Part shown: positions 44,688-54,961 of the stretch, one piece after another
Numbering within the stretch: the first letter of the stretch is position 1
Layout: each line of letters begins with the position of its first letter
Assembly: GCA_964421215.1 (NCBI GenBank)
Contig: CAYQWA010000014.1
Span: 29,270 to 93,269, forward strand
Source: an uncultured Bacteroidales bacterium
GTDB taxonomy: Bacteria; Bacteroidota; Bacteroidia; Bacteroidales; JAADJA01
Length of the DNA: 64,000 bases
Reading direction: 5' to 3'
Translations under genes and position numbers: made by a program
The notes under the pieces: model-generated
Databases searched by the model: none
What the model was told of the DNA's origin: nothing
The model's input: the letters and a program-made list of their open reading frames with translations, nothing else

Positions 44688-45905
44688 ATGAAAGTGGACG
44701 CGGCCGGAAAGTTTTTCATTGTTCTTATTGCCTTTCTTATGGCAACATCTGTCCATGCTCAGGATAAAAAGAAAGAACTACAGAACAACAAGAAAAAGAT
44801 CGAGGAAGAGATCCAGTACAATTCCCAACTTTTGGAGGAAACCAAAAAATCAAAAAAAACCACATTGAATCAACTGATTATCCTAAAGCAACAGATCGCT
44901 TCACGTGAAAAGCTGATTCAGAATATGAACGATCAGATCAAGACTACTGATGATCAAATCCAATTGAACAATGAAATTATCAATGACCTGAAAAAGGACA
45001 TGGAAAACCTGAAGGATGAATACGCAAAAATGATCTATTATGCTTATAAAAATAAAAGCTCATTTGATCGCCTGATGTATATTTTCGCAGCATCTGATTT
45101 TAACCAGGCTTATCGCAGGATCAAATATTTTCAACAGTATGCCAATTACCGTAAAACTCAGGCTGACTTAATTGTAAAAACACAGGAGGAGATCAATTCA
45201 TCCATCGATGAGCTTGAAGCCTACAAAAAAGAGAAGCTTGAATTGGTAACCACCCTTAAAGAGGAGGTTGCCGAGCTTGCTGGTGCCCGTTCTCAGCAAA
45301 ATTCTGTTTATTCTACACTGAACAGGAAAGAAAAAGAGCTTGCGAAAACCATCAGGGAAAAAGAAAAAGCTGCAAAAAAGTTGCAAAAGGAAATCGAAAA
45401 GATCATTGCTGAAGAGATCAGGCTGGCAGCAGAAAAAACGGGAACAACAAAATCAGGGGTATTTGCTTTAACACCTGCAGAAATGCAATTGTCAGCAGGT
45501 TTTGAAGAAAACAAAGGCGGCCTACCCTGGCCCCTTGAAAAGGGAATAATATCAAGTACATTTGGAGAACATGCCCATCCCGTTCTAAAACGGGTTAAAA
45601 CAAAGAACAATGGGATCGATATTCTTACCGACCAAGGCATGAAAGCCCGTGCGATCTTTGGCGGAGAAATAACCCGTGTCATCAGCATCCCTAATTATAA
45701 CTATGTAGTAATGATCAGGCATGGCGAATACCTCTCGGTATATTCCAACCTGGTGGAAGTGTACGTTCAGAAAGGACAAAAGGTGAATACAAAAGACGAA
45801 CTGGGAAAAATATTTACCGATAAAAAAGAGTCCAAAACTGAACTTCATTTTGAATTATGGAAAGGAAAAACCCTGCTTAATCCTTCCAATTGGTTAGCGA
45901 AATAG
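44688..45905 (+). CDS. Coiled-coil + degenerate LytM (M23) domain protein, EnvC-like murein hydrolase activator
   Basis: 405-aa ORF with a signal peptide and ~250 aa of coiled coil. It has a C-terminal LytM fold, but the metal ligands look substituted: KNNGIDI in place of HxxxD, and ELHFELW in place of HxH. Confidence 0.7.
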   Translation: MKVDAAGKFFIVLIAFLMATSVHAQDKKKELQNNKKKIEEEIQYNSQLLEETKKSKKTTLNQLIILKQQIASREKLIQNMNDQIKTTDDQIQLNNEIINDLKKDMENLKDEYAKMIYYAYKNKSSFDRLMYIFAASDFNQAYRRIKYFQQYANYRKTQADLIVKTQEEINSSIDELEAYKKEKLELVTTLKEEVAELAGARSQQNSVYSTLNRKEKELAKTIREKEKAAKKLQKEIEKIIAEEIRLAAEKTGTTKSGVFALTPAEMQLSAGFEENKGGLPWPLEKGIISSTFGEHAHPVLKRVKTKNNGIDILTDQGMKARAIFGGEITRVISIPNYNYVVMIRHGEYLSVYSNLVEVYVQKGQKVNTKDELGKIFTDKKESKTELHFELWKGKTLLNPSNWLAK

Positions 45906-45957
45906 AATTATCCTTTAAAAGCCTTACTTTTATTGTCAGGTAATATTCATCTTCAAA

Positions 45958-47493
45958 ATGGGCTATAAAGAAATAGAAATAAATCTGCCAACTTCTTATA
46001 CTGAGGAAGACCTGAAATACTACCTGTCAAAAAAACTTGGCCTTAAAGAATTTTCATACAAGCTCATTAACAAAAGCCTTGATGCCAGGAAGAAGGGGAA
46101 TATACTTTGGAGAATAAAGGCGGGAGTCACTTCTGATTCTATCAAGGGGGAACTGCCGGTAACGAAAGATGTTCTACACCTCAATTACAAAAAGAGAAAT
46201 AAACGAATTATTGTTACAGGATGTGGCCCTGCTGGGTTTTTTGCTGCCTATGTTTTGCAAAAATCCGGCTTTGATGTTGTATTGATAGAAAGAGGTGTTG
46301 AAGTAGATAAGCGGGCAGTAGAGATCAACAAATTTGAAAAAGAGGGTGTGTTTAATCCAATAGGTAATTATGCTTTTGGGGAAGGAGGGGCCGGAACCTT
46401 TTCGGATGGCAAATTAACAGCCCGATCAAAGCGCGTTTCAAAAGAAAAAGAATTTATTCTGTCGACCTATATTGCAGCTGGCGGACCAAAAGAGATCGCC
46501 TACATGACCCATCCTCACCTTGGCACTGACAATTTGAAAAAGATTGTAAAGAACCTTAGAGATGACTTTAAACGGGATGGTGGAACCTTATTGTTTGAAA
46601 CCATGTTGACAGACCTTAACATAACAAACGGAAATGTTAAAGAGGCCATTACCTCAGGTGGAGAACTTCAGGGCGATTACTTTTTAATTGCTCCAGGCCA
46701 TTCGGCTTATGAAACATACCGGATGTTGATGAACAAAGGTGTGCCCTTTCGGACAAAAAACTTTGCCATCGGCAGTCGTGCAGAACACAAGCAGGAAATA
46801 ATCAACCAGGCACAATGGGGCATCGCTTCACTACCCGGTGTTAAAGCTGCGGAATACCGGCTTTCCTCAAAAGCGGATAACAAACATCAGGTATATACCT
46901 TTTGCATGTGTCCAGGTGGTAAAGTTGTTCCGGCTACAGCTTATAACCACACCAACATTGTGAACGGAATGAGTTATTACCAGCGAAACGGGGCTTTCGC
47001 TAACGCTGCATGTGTGGCGGCTCTTCATCCTGACCAACTTGCCGGACGAACTGTTTCACCAATTGAAGCACTGGATGAACTTGAAAAACTGGAAGCCTCT
47101 TTTTATGAATTTTCTAATGGATATGCTGCTCCCTTCTGTACTATCCGTGATTTTATCTCACAGAAACCTACAACTATTCCGGTGAATTCAAGTTATCCTC
47201 TTGGATTGCTTCCGGCCCCCCTTTGGGAAATGCTGCCACCACTTGTTGTCAGTGCAATGCAGAAAGGGTTGACGGACTTCAGCAGAAAGTTAGAAGGATA
47301 TGATCAGGGTATTTTACTTGGACTTGAAAGCAAGACCTCCTCACCCATACAGGTGGTCCGGCATGAAAACGGCCTGGCAGAAAGTTTTGATAACCTGTTC
47401 ATCATTGGAGAAGGTAGCGGTTATGCTGGAGGCATCATGTCAAGTGCCGCTGATGGGATCAGGGCTGCGTTAAGAATTGTTGAGAAAGAATAA
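45958..47493 (+). CDS. FAD-dependent oxidoreductase (COG2509-like)
   Basis: 511-aa ORF with the dinucleotide-binding motif RIIVTGCGPAGFFAAYVL...VVLIERG and C-terminal GEGSGYAGGIMSSAADG. Confidence 0.7.
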   Translation: MGYKEIEINLPTSYTEEDLKYYLSKKLGLKEFSYKLINKSLDARKKGNILWRIKAGVTSDSIKGELPVTKDVLHLNYKKRNKRIIVTGCGPAGFFAAYVLQKSGFDVVLIERGVEVDKRAVEINKFEKEGVFNPIGNYAFGEGGAGTFSDGKLTARSKRVSKEKEFILSTYIAAGGPKEIAYMTHPHLGTDNLKKIVKNLRDDFKRDGGTLLFETMLTDLNITNGNVKEAITSGGELQGDYFLIAPGHSAYETYRMLMNKGVPFRTKNFAIGSRAEHKQEIINQAQWGIASLPGVKAAEYRLSSKADNKHQVYTFCMCPGGKVVPATAYNHTNIVNGMSYYQRNGAFANAACVAALHPDQLAGRTVSPIEALDELEKLEASFYEFSNGYAAPFCTIRDFISQKPTTIPVNSSYPLGLLPAPLWEMLPPLVVSAMQKGLTDFSRKLEGYDQGILLGLESKTSSPIQVVRHENGLAESFDNLFIIGEGSGYAGGIMSSAADGIRAALRIVEKE

Positions 47494-47583
47494 GCGCATA
47501 GATAGTGTCAGGACAACATTCTATTGACGGAATACTGGAAAAATGATATCCTGCACCTACTTAGTATTTTTAGGATAAGAATA

Positions 47584-47688
47584 AATAGGACACTGATCTG
47601 ACTGATAGAACTGATTTATTATGATTAGGAAAAAAATCATAACAAATTATAAAAGATCATCCCGCAAATGCGGGATCAGTGTCCTATT
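47584..47688. repeat. 15-bp perfect inverted repeat (AATAGGACACTGATC ... GATCAGTGTCCTATT) enclosing 75 bp with nested hairpins
   Basis: The arms are at 47584-47598 and 47674-47688. The interior has CTGAT x3, ATGATT-AGGAAAAA-AATCAT and the ATCCCGC-AAAT-GCGGGAT hairpin. Confidence 0.8.
47651..47676 (-). terminator. Rho-independent terminator of the M16 peptidase gene
   Basis: Minus strand: ATCCCGC-ATTT-GCGGGAT followed by GATCTTTTATAATTT, about 20 nt after the stop at 47699. Confidence 0.6.
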
Positions 47689-47698
47689 CAATACTTAA

Positions 47699-50668
47699 TT
47701 AGTAGTTAAAAATCTCTTCCAGCGTCAACTCCTTAACTGTGCCCAATTGGCCTAGTACATTCATGTCTACTTCATTTTTATTTCCAAGGATGAGAATGGA
47801 ATAACTGTTGTTTTTAATGTACTCCTCAAAGAAGCTGTTAAATGTTTCCATATCAACAGAATTAACATAGTCGTAGATGTCTTGTCGCATATCATAATCA
47901 ATACCACGATCAAGATTGGTTTGGTGCGTCCAGAAGATGTTTGTTTTTATGATCCGCTCAGTTTCAATCTTTTTCATGATGGATTCTTTTGCCAGGTCAA
48001 ATTGTTTCTGAGCTTTAGGCATATCGTTCATTAAGCCTAACAAAGCATCTGTTGCCTCTTTCAATTTATCGGATTGTGTTCCAACAAACCCGTAAATATA
48101 ATGAGACTGATCAAGCTTTTGTGGTGTGGCAAAAGCTGAAAATGCTGAATAGGCCAGTCCGCGGGCTTCCCTGATCTCCTGGAAAACGATGCTTGACAGT
48201 CCACCACCAAAATATTCACCGAACAAACGTGCGGGTGGCATCAGGTTTTTATCAAATGAAGGGCCTTTGGCCAGCAGGATCACATTCACCTGACTCATAT
48301 CATAGTCCACAAAATAAACCGTATTATCACTGGTTTCCTGTTCCACAAATTTTTTGGGTTCCGGGTATTCTTTTAACTCCTCCGGAACATTATGAAATTT
48401 ATCAATAACAGGAGTAACCGATGCAAATTCTTCACTGCCATAGTAGAACATGCGGTGTTTGTATGAGTAAATATCCTTGATCAGGTCAGTGAGTTGAGTA
48501 GGATCAATGGTTTTAAGTTCTTCCTCTGAAATGATGTTGGTCTTTGGGTTGACAGGTCCGTATTTTCCATAATCGAACAAACGGTTCCACAAAATGGTAT
48601 TTTTATTGAGTTTAGCATCACTCCGCTTTTTCATAATACCATCAACATAGTCGTTATAAGCTTGCTGGTCAGGTGTTGCGTTGGCCAGAATGTGTTCCAG
48701 CAATTCTACACCTTTGTCGAAGGATTTCTGTAAACCGGACATGTATACGTAACAACGGTCTTCAGCTGTATAAACATCCATTGATAAACCGTACTTAAAA
48801 AACTCTTTCTGAAGTTCTTCCGGTGAATAGGTTTCAGTTCCCAGATATGGCAAATAATTAAATGCCAGTGGTAACATCAGGTTGTGGTTTTTGCCCATAT
48901 CAATGATGTACTGCAGGTTAAACAGTTCATTGGTGGTGTTGTGTATGTAACTTACCTCAATACCTGAGTTTAATTTACCGGTAGTAATTTTTTCCTTGAA
49001 GTCAACAAAAGCAGGCTTTATGGTTTCAGCCTCAATTGCCATATACTCTTTATAATATTCAGATTGATCTTCACGGTTTATCTCAAGCGGGGTAATGGTT
49101 GGTTTTTCAACTTTCACCAGGTCGGTATTTTCTCCGGTTCTTTTGTAAACTACTACATAGTTATCAGCATAATTTGCTTTGGCAAATTCGATGACCTGTT
49201 CCTTGGTGATCTTTTCCATGTCATCGATATAGCCTACCCGGTAACTGTAGGGTTTATTCATGATGAATGTATTCAGATAGCTAAAAGCCCGTGAAAAGTT
49301 ACTTTCATCCCTTCGGATGTCCATAAGCCTGATGTCATTGATAATGGCTTCGATCATCCAGTCATCAAATTCACCATTTTTCACTTTTTCCAGTTCGGCA
49401 AGCAGCAAATCTTTTACTTCTTCGAGGCTTTGTCCTTCACGTGGGCTTCCATAAAACATATGCATTCCATAGTCTCTCATAAAATAGCTGTAGGAGCCTG
49501 CGCGCAATACTTTTTGTTTTTGGTTGAGGTTGATGTCAATAAGACCAGCCTGGCTGTTAGAGAGGATCATTTCGATGATGGATACCAAATGGGCTGTCTC
49601 ATCATTTCCACCGTCAAAACGGAAAGCAAGTGATAAGGATTCCGCATCCGGACCTACAACCTCTTTTTCAACAGGTTCGGCAATGGGTTCTTCAACAGGC
49701 TGTTCAATAACAGGAAGGTTAGGATTTGGCTCCAGTTTTCCGAAATACTGGTCAATCAGAACAATGGCGTCGTCAGGGTTGATGTCCCCCGCAATGGCCA
49801 TGGCCATGTTATTGGGGCGGTACCAGGTATCTGCAAATTCATAAATATTTACCAGAGAAGGATTCTTTAAATGTTCGGGTAAACCAATTACTGACCTGCC
49901 ATACGGATGAGTGGGGAAAAGACTTGCGAATAAGGCTTTGTTTGCTCGTGACCGGTCCATATCCTGGTACATATTAAACTCTTCATATACGGTTTCCAGC
50001 TCTGTATGGAAAAGCCTTAATATCATGTCATCAAACCGTTCGCTCTCCAGCTTTAACCATTTTTCAAACTCATTGGACGGAATGTCGTTGATGTACATTG
50101 TTGACTCATAGGAGGTTCCTGCGTTGGTCCTTTTTGCTCCGAGACTTGACACCAGTTTGTCGTATTCATTTGGTGCAACATAAGATGCAGCTACCTGTGA
50201 TAAACTGTCGATTTGTGCATAGATCTCTTTTTTCTTTTCTGCATCATCCAGTGCCCGGTGCTCTTCAAATAAATCAGAAATCTGATCTAAAACAGCTTTT
50301 TCGTTTTCCCAGTCCAGCGTACCAATCTCATCTGTTCCTTTGAACATCATGTGCTCGAAATAGTGAGCAAGCCCTGTGGTTTCAGCAGGATCAGACGTTG
50401 AACCTGCCCTTACGCCAATAAGGGTTGCCACCCGGGGCTCATCTGCGTTGTGACTCAGGTAAACCTTTAACCCGTTTTCAAGGGTATAGATCCTTGCCTT
50501 GGCTGGATCGTTTTTTACGTATTCGTACGTATAGCCATTTTCATCGGTAGATTTAACGGTTTCATACTTTTCAGTTGGTGTACATGAAACAACAATACCG
50601 ATTAGTCCCAATAAGAACACGCTTATTGAAGGACTTAAAAAACTTGATAACTTCTTGTGAAAATACAT
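47699..50668 (-). CDS. M16-family (insulinase/pitrilysin-like) zinc peptidase, fused double unit
   Basis: The ORF track gives 47699..50764. The likely start is the ATG at 50668 (MYFHKKLSSFLSPSISVFLLGLIGIVVSC, lipoprotein-like). It has the inverted zinc motif HYFEHMMFKGT (HxxEH). Confidence 0.85.
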   Translation of the reverse strand: MYFHKKLSSFLSPSISVFLLGLIGIVVSCTPTEKYETVKSTDENGYTYEYVKNDPAKARIYTLENGLKVYLSHNADEPRVATLIGVRAGSTSDPAETTGLAHYFEHMMFKGTDEIGTLDWENEKAVLDQISDLFEEHRALDDAEKKKEIYAQIDSLSQVAASYVAPNEYDKLVSSLGAKRTNAGTSYESTMYINDIPSNEFEKWLKLESERFDDMILRLFHTELETVYEEFNMYQDMDRSRANKALFASLFPTHPYGRSVIGLPEHLKNPSLVNIYEFADTWYRPNNMAMAIAGDINPDDAIVLIDQYFGKLEPNPNLPVIEQPVEEPIAEPVEKEVVGPDAESLSLAFRFDGGNDETAHLVSIIEMILSNSQAGLIDINLNQKQKVLRAGSYSYFMRDYGMHMFYGSPREGQSLEEVKDLLLAELEKVKNGEFDDWMIEAIINDIRLMDIRRDESNFSRAFSYLNTFIMNKPYSYRVGYIDDMEKITKEQVIEFAKANYADNYVVVYKRTGENTDLVKVEKPTITPLEINREDQSEYYKEYMAIEAETIKPAFVDFKEKITTGKLNSGIEVSYIHNTTNELFNLQYIIDMGKNHNLMLPLAFNYLPYLGTETYSPEELQKEFFKYGLSMDVYTAEDRCYVYMSGLQKSFDKGVELLEHILANATPDQQAYNDYVDGIMKKRSDAKLNKNTILWNRLFDYGKYGPVNPKTNIISEEELKTIDPTQLTDLIKDIYSYKHRMFYYGSEEFASVTPVIDKFHNVPEELKEYPEPKKFVEQETSDNTVYFVDYDMSQVNVILLAKGPSFDKNLMPPARLFGEYFGGGLSSIVFQEIREARGLAYSAFSAFATPQKLDQSHYIYGFVGTQSDKLKEATDALLGLMNDMPKAQKQFDLAKESIMKKIETERIIKTNIFWTHQTNLDRGIDYDMRQDIYDYVNSVDMETFNSFFEEYIKNNSYSILILGNKNEVDMNVLGQLGTVKELTLEEIFNY

Positions 50669-51033
50669 AGTGATGTGTTTAAAATATTTGGATTTAATTA
50701 TTGATCGAACATGATGTAAACGGGAGAAGTAAAAGTAGTGCATTGCGGGATAATATACAACCAACCGGTATACTTGTAGTTAATTAATGACAGCTTCAAA
50801 GAGTAATAAGTTGCTTGACAGGCTTGTATTTCCATGATGTTGACCTCCAATATTTTATTCATAATTTATAATTGTTCCAACTTATTGGATAATTAGCAAG
50901 ATTAAACAAGACCATATCTTCTCCCACTTATAGATTTGCAAAAGCCTTTTACGGTTCTTCTCTGTTTTTTAACAGTTCAGTAAGTATTTTTTCGAAACAG
51001 ACAGGATACAATGAATATTTGCAAACAATTTAA

Positions 51034-53175
51034 ATGGAAATGAAATTTTATCTGATACTTATATTTATAGCATTATTTCAATTTTTATCCGCTCAGGTGG
51101 AAATCTCAGGAAAAGTAACTGATCGCAAGGGAGAACCCCTTGTAGGTGTCAATATTTATTTTGATGGAACCTATGACGGAGCCACTTCTGATGTGGAAGG
51201 CGATTTTAAGATTTTAACCTCTCTGACAGGAAAACAGGTTTTAATTGCAAGTTTTGTGGGCTATAAAACCTATAAGCAGGAGTTCGACATCAAGAAAACC
51301 AACATTGTAAATGATATCGAACTAAAAGAAAGCAGTAGCAGTCTTGGTGCAGTGGTTATCACTGCAGGCTCATTTGAAGCAAGCGATGAAAAGAAGGCGG
51401 TCATTTTCAAACCTCTTGATATCGTTACTACGGCTGGTGGATTGGCAGATATTCCTTCAGCGATAAATACCTTGCCCGGAACTCAAACAGTAGGGGAGGA
51501 GGGAAAGCTTTTTGTTCGTGGAGGTGACAGTTATGAAACCCAAACCTTCATCGACGGAATGATCGTAGATAATCCCTATGAATCGACCATGCCGGACATT
51601 CCATCAAGGGGGCGTTTTTCACCCTTTCTTTTTAAAGGGACCATTTTTAGTTCAGGAGGATATTCTGCGGAATATGGACAGGCACTGTCATCAGCCCTAA
51701 TCCTTCAAACCAATGATCTTCCAACAGAGTCAGTAACCAGTTTATCCTTTATGAGCGTTGGCGCAGGAGCAGCCCACACCAAAAAGTGGGACAAAACTTC
51801 CCTGGCACTTTCGGCCGATTATTTTAACCTCGGCCCTTACTTCGCACTGATCAACCAGGAATTCGACTGGAAGGAATCTCCAAACGGCATAGGCAGTACG
51901 TTAACGTTCAGACAAAAAACGGATAAAGACGGAATGATAAAAGTTTATGGGCAGGCAGGCTCAGGAAAAAGCAAATTGAAGTACCCGGGCTATTATGATG
52001 TAAGCAGTACCAACACCGTGGAGTTAAAAGATGATAACGCATATATCAATGCTACTTACCGTGATATGCACGGTGAAAAACTTATTTCAAACGGAGGGAT
52101 CTCCTTTACCTATAATGCTGATAATTTTAATGTTGCAGGCGATAAGGTTAAAGAAAACACAATGAATTCACAACTTCGTTATAACATGACCTATTTATTA
52201 AGTGATGACATTCAAATCAAATTTGGTGGTGACCTTTGGACCAGGAATTACTCTCAGGGTTATAAGAATCAGGACCTGACTGTGGATGTTAAGAGTGAAT
52301 TTTCGGACAATATTGTTTCGGCCTTTGCCGAAAGTGAATGGAAAGTGAGTAAACATTTTGCAGTAAGGGCTGGGTTAAGGAGTGAACATTCCGGTTACAT
52401 CAATCGCTCCAGCCTGGCTCCAAGAGTTTCGCTCGCATACAAAACCGGTGACAATAGCCAGGTATCCTTCGCGTATGGTAATTTTTACCAATCTCCTCAA
52501 AAGAACTATCTACTTTTTACCGATAATTTAAATTTTGAATCAGCAAAACATTTTATGTTGAACTATCAATTGGTCAAGAACAAAAGAACCTTTAGAATAG
52601 AAGCCTATTATAAAGATTACGACCGACTTGTGAAATATGACAGCCTGTATAAGCCTGATCCGGCATCATACAACAACAATGGCACCGGGTATGCAAGAGG
52701 GATAGATCTGTTCTGGCGTGATAACTCAATGAACAACATCGACTATTGGATCTCCTATTCGTATATAGATACAGAACGCAATTATCAGGATTTTCTTTCA
52801 ACGGCTACACCCATTTTTGTCTCTGACCATAACCTATCAGTAGTTTACAAACATTTTATCCCTAAAATCGCATCACAGGTAGGATTGACTTATAAGTTTG
52901 CAAGCGGAAGGCCTTATTACAATCCGGAAAATCCCGAATACCTTGCTGACCGGACAAAGACTTACAACGACCTGAGTTTTAACATAAGCTACCTCACCTC
53001 CTTGTGGGACAATTTTACAATCGTATATTTTTCAGTAGGAAATATTTTAGGACTGGAACAGACTTTCGGTTACCGCTACAGCCTTAATCCGGACAGCAGT
53101 GGTAATTATGAATCGTATGAAATTAAACCCGGAGCAAAACGTTTCGTGTTTCTGGGTGTATTTATTTCAATATAA
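51034..53175 (+). CDS. TonB-dependent receptor with CarboxypepD_reg-like N-terminal domain
   Basis: 713-aa ORF with a signal peptide. It has VEISGKVTDRKGEPLVGVNIYF, a plug region (KLFVRGGDSYETQTFIDG) and beta-barrel-like alternation to the C-terminus. Confidence 0.8.
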   Translation: MEMKFYLILIFIALFQFLSAQVEISGKVTDRKGEPLVGVNIYFDGTYDGATSDVEGDFKILTSLTGKQVLIASFVGYKTYKQEFDIKKTNIVNDIELKESSSSLGAVVITAGSFEASDEKKAVIFKPLDIVTTAGGLADIPSAINTLPGTQTVGEEGKLFVRGGDSYETQTFIDGMIVDNPYESTMPDIPSRGRFSPFLFKGTIFSSGGYSAEYGQALSSALILQTNDLPTESVTSLSFMSVGAGAAHTKKWDKTSLALSADYFNLGPYFALINQEFDWKESPNGIGSTLTFRQKTDKDGMIKVYGQAGSGKSKLKYPGYYDVSSTNTVELKDDNAYINATYRDMHGEKLISNGGISFTYNADNFNVAGDKVKENTMNSQLRYNMTYLLSDDIQIKFGGDLWTRNYSQGYKNQDLTVDVKSEFSDNIVSAFAESEWKVSKHFAVRAGLRSEHSGYINRSSLAPRVSLAYKTGDNSQVSFAYGNFYQSPQKNYLLFTDNLNFESAKHFMLNYQLVKNKRTFRIEAYYKDYDRLVKYDSLYKPDPASYNNNGTGYARGIDLFWRDNSMNNIDYWISYSYIDTERNYQDFLSTATPIFVSDHNLSVVYKHFIPKIASQVGLTYKFASGRPYYNPENPEYLADRTKTYNDLSFNISYLTSLWDNFTIVYFSVGNILGLEQTFGYRYSLNPDSSGNYESYEIKPGAKRFVFLGVFISI

Positions 53176-53231
53176 AAAAATTGGAATAATTTTGGTAATT
53201 AAATGGAGTTTAACATTAAAAACTATTTGAA

Positions 53232-53885
53232 ATGAGGAAAGCACTACTTCTGATAACAATGATGGCTTTTATGGCAGGATCCTTTGCACAGGATGAGAGT
53301 GAATATATGATGGTCATGGTAAAGCAAAAGAAATCCTTTAAAATGGCACGAAATGCAAATGACTTTCAAAATCTGGCCAACAGTTTTGAAAGGATTGCCA
53401 ATGCTGAATCAGATCAGTGGCATCCTTTGTATTATGCAGCACTTTGCTATGTAAACATGAGTTTTGTAAACAATGATAATGGCAAAAAAGATGAATACCT
53501 GGATAAAGCCCAGACTTATATCGACAAGGCATTGATCATTTATCCTGATGAATCGGAGATCCATGTCTTACAAGCCTTGTTGTACCAGGGAAAGATACAA
53601 ATCGATCCTGCGGGCAGGGGTATGACCTATTCAATGAAAGCAAATGAATCACTGGGAAAAGCTAAGGAATACAATGTGGAAAATCCCAGGGTATATTATC
53701 TTCTTGGAATGAATGTGCTTCATACTCCGGAAGCTTTTGGCGGAGGACCAGCAAAAGCATGTCCGTTGTTTAATACCGCACATGAAAAATTCAGGGCCCA
53801 TAAACCTGAACATGTTTTATCTCCAACATGGGGCGGTGAAAGAAACCAGACGTTACTCACTAACAATTGCGGTTCAAAAGAGTAA
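53232..53885 (+). CDS. Secreted helical (TPR-like) protein of unknown function
   Basis: 217-aa ORF with signal peptide MRKALLLITMMAFMAGSFAQ. The composition is helical. I recognise no catalytic motif. Confidence 0.55.
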   Translation: MRKALLLITMMAFMAGSFAQDESEYMMVMVKQKKSFKMARNANDFQNLANSFERIANAESDQWHPLYYAALCYVNMSFVNNDNGKKDEYLDKAQTYIDKALIIYPDESEIHVLQALLYQGKIQIDPAGRGMTYSMKANESLGKAKEYNVENPRVYYLLGMNVLHTPEAFGGGPAKACPLFNTAHEKFRAHKPEHVLSPTWGGERNQTLLTNNCGSKE

Positions 53886-53896
53886 AGAAGTTTTCA

Positions 53897-54961
53897 ATGA
53901 AGAAAACAGTCAATAAGTCCCGGAGCGTTGTTTGGGGACATGTACGAGATATCCTGATCGTAATTTTAATCGGGAATTTTGCCTGGTTTATGTTCCAGCA
54001 TGATATCATCTTTTCTCTGAAAAAACTGATGACTGTTACTGCCTACTCTGCTATGATCGGAACTGCATTGTGGAAGGGGAATGAAGGATTAAGCCACATC
54101 ATTTACAAATATTATGATATTAACAAAGAACCCGTAAAAACTTTGTGGGTGAGTTTGGTGCTTATGTTTGTTTATACGGTCATTGCCATTGTGGTTGTGA
54201 ATTATATCTGGTATGTTTTGATTTGGGGCCAAAGCGTTTCTTTCATGTTATTGAACAGCAGATTTGCCATGATCATACAATTGGGAATTACCTTCATTAT
54301 TGTGGCTACCTTTTTGTCCATAGGATTTTTTCAAGCCTGGCGGGAGTCAGCTGTAAATGAAGAAAGACTTCAAAAAGACAGTATAAAATTCCAGTACAAA
54401 GCACTGAAGAACCAGATCAATCCGCATTTTTTATTCAATAGTTTGAATTCTTTAACCTCACTTGTATATAAAGACCAGGACCAGGCAGCAAAATTTATAA
54501 AACAACTTTCGGAAGTTTACCGGTATGTCCTTGAGCATAAGGAAAATGAAGTGGTAAGCCTGAAAGAAGAAATCAATTTCTCAGAGAAATATATTTTTCT
54601 GCAAAAGATCAGGCATGATAAGAGTTTGCAGGTAAACATCACGGCCAACGGAACAAATGATAAATACATAGTCCCGGTATCCATGCAATTGTTAATAGAG
54701 AATGCCATAAAGCACAATGAAGTTTCTGAAGAGAATCCATTGGTCATAAAAATCTATGAAAAGGATGATTATGTATGGGTAGAAAATAACCTGCAACCAA
54801 AGGTAGCCATTAAAGAATCAGGAGGGGTTGGACTGGAAACAATCAAGGACCGTTATGCCTTCCTTTCTGACAAAAAAGTGATCATCACTCAGACCGATAA
54901 ATCATTTATTGTACAACTTCCATTAATCAAAACAAAACATCATGAAGGTAGTGATCATTGA
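53897..54961 (+). CDS. LytS/YehU-type sensor histidine kinase (His_kinase PF06580-like)
   Basis: The ORF track starts at a TTG at 53867. The ATG at 53897 (MKKTVNKS) is more likely. It has four N-terminal TM helices, the NPHFLFNSLNSL H-region and an N box LLIENAIKHN. Confidence 0.85.
   Translation: MKKTVNKSRSVVWGHVRDILIVILIGNFAWFMFQHDIIFSLKKLMTVTAYSAMIGTALWKGNEGLSHIIYKYYDINKEPVKTLWVSLVLMFVYTVIAIVVVNYIWYVLIWGQSVSFMLLNSRFAMIIQLGITFIIVATFLSIGFFQAWRESAVNEERLQKDSIKFQYKALKNQINPHFLFNSLNSLTSLVYKDQDQAAKFIKQLSEVYRYVLEHKENEVVSLKEEINFSEKYIFLQKIRHDKSLQVNITANGTNDKYIVPVSMQLLIENAIKHNEVSEENPLVIKIYEKDDYVWVENNLQPKVAIKESGGVGLETIKDRYAFLSDKKVIITQTDKSFIVQLPLIKTKHHEGSDH

Noticed and set aside
50669-51033. The 365-bp divergent intergenic region, checked as a possible riboswitch or ncRNA upstream of the TonB-dependent receptor
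   Set aside because: I found no cobalamin, TPP or SAM riboswitch core motifs, and no conserved-looking stems beyond a TAGATTTG promoter-like box. It is most simply two divergent promoters.
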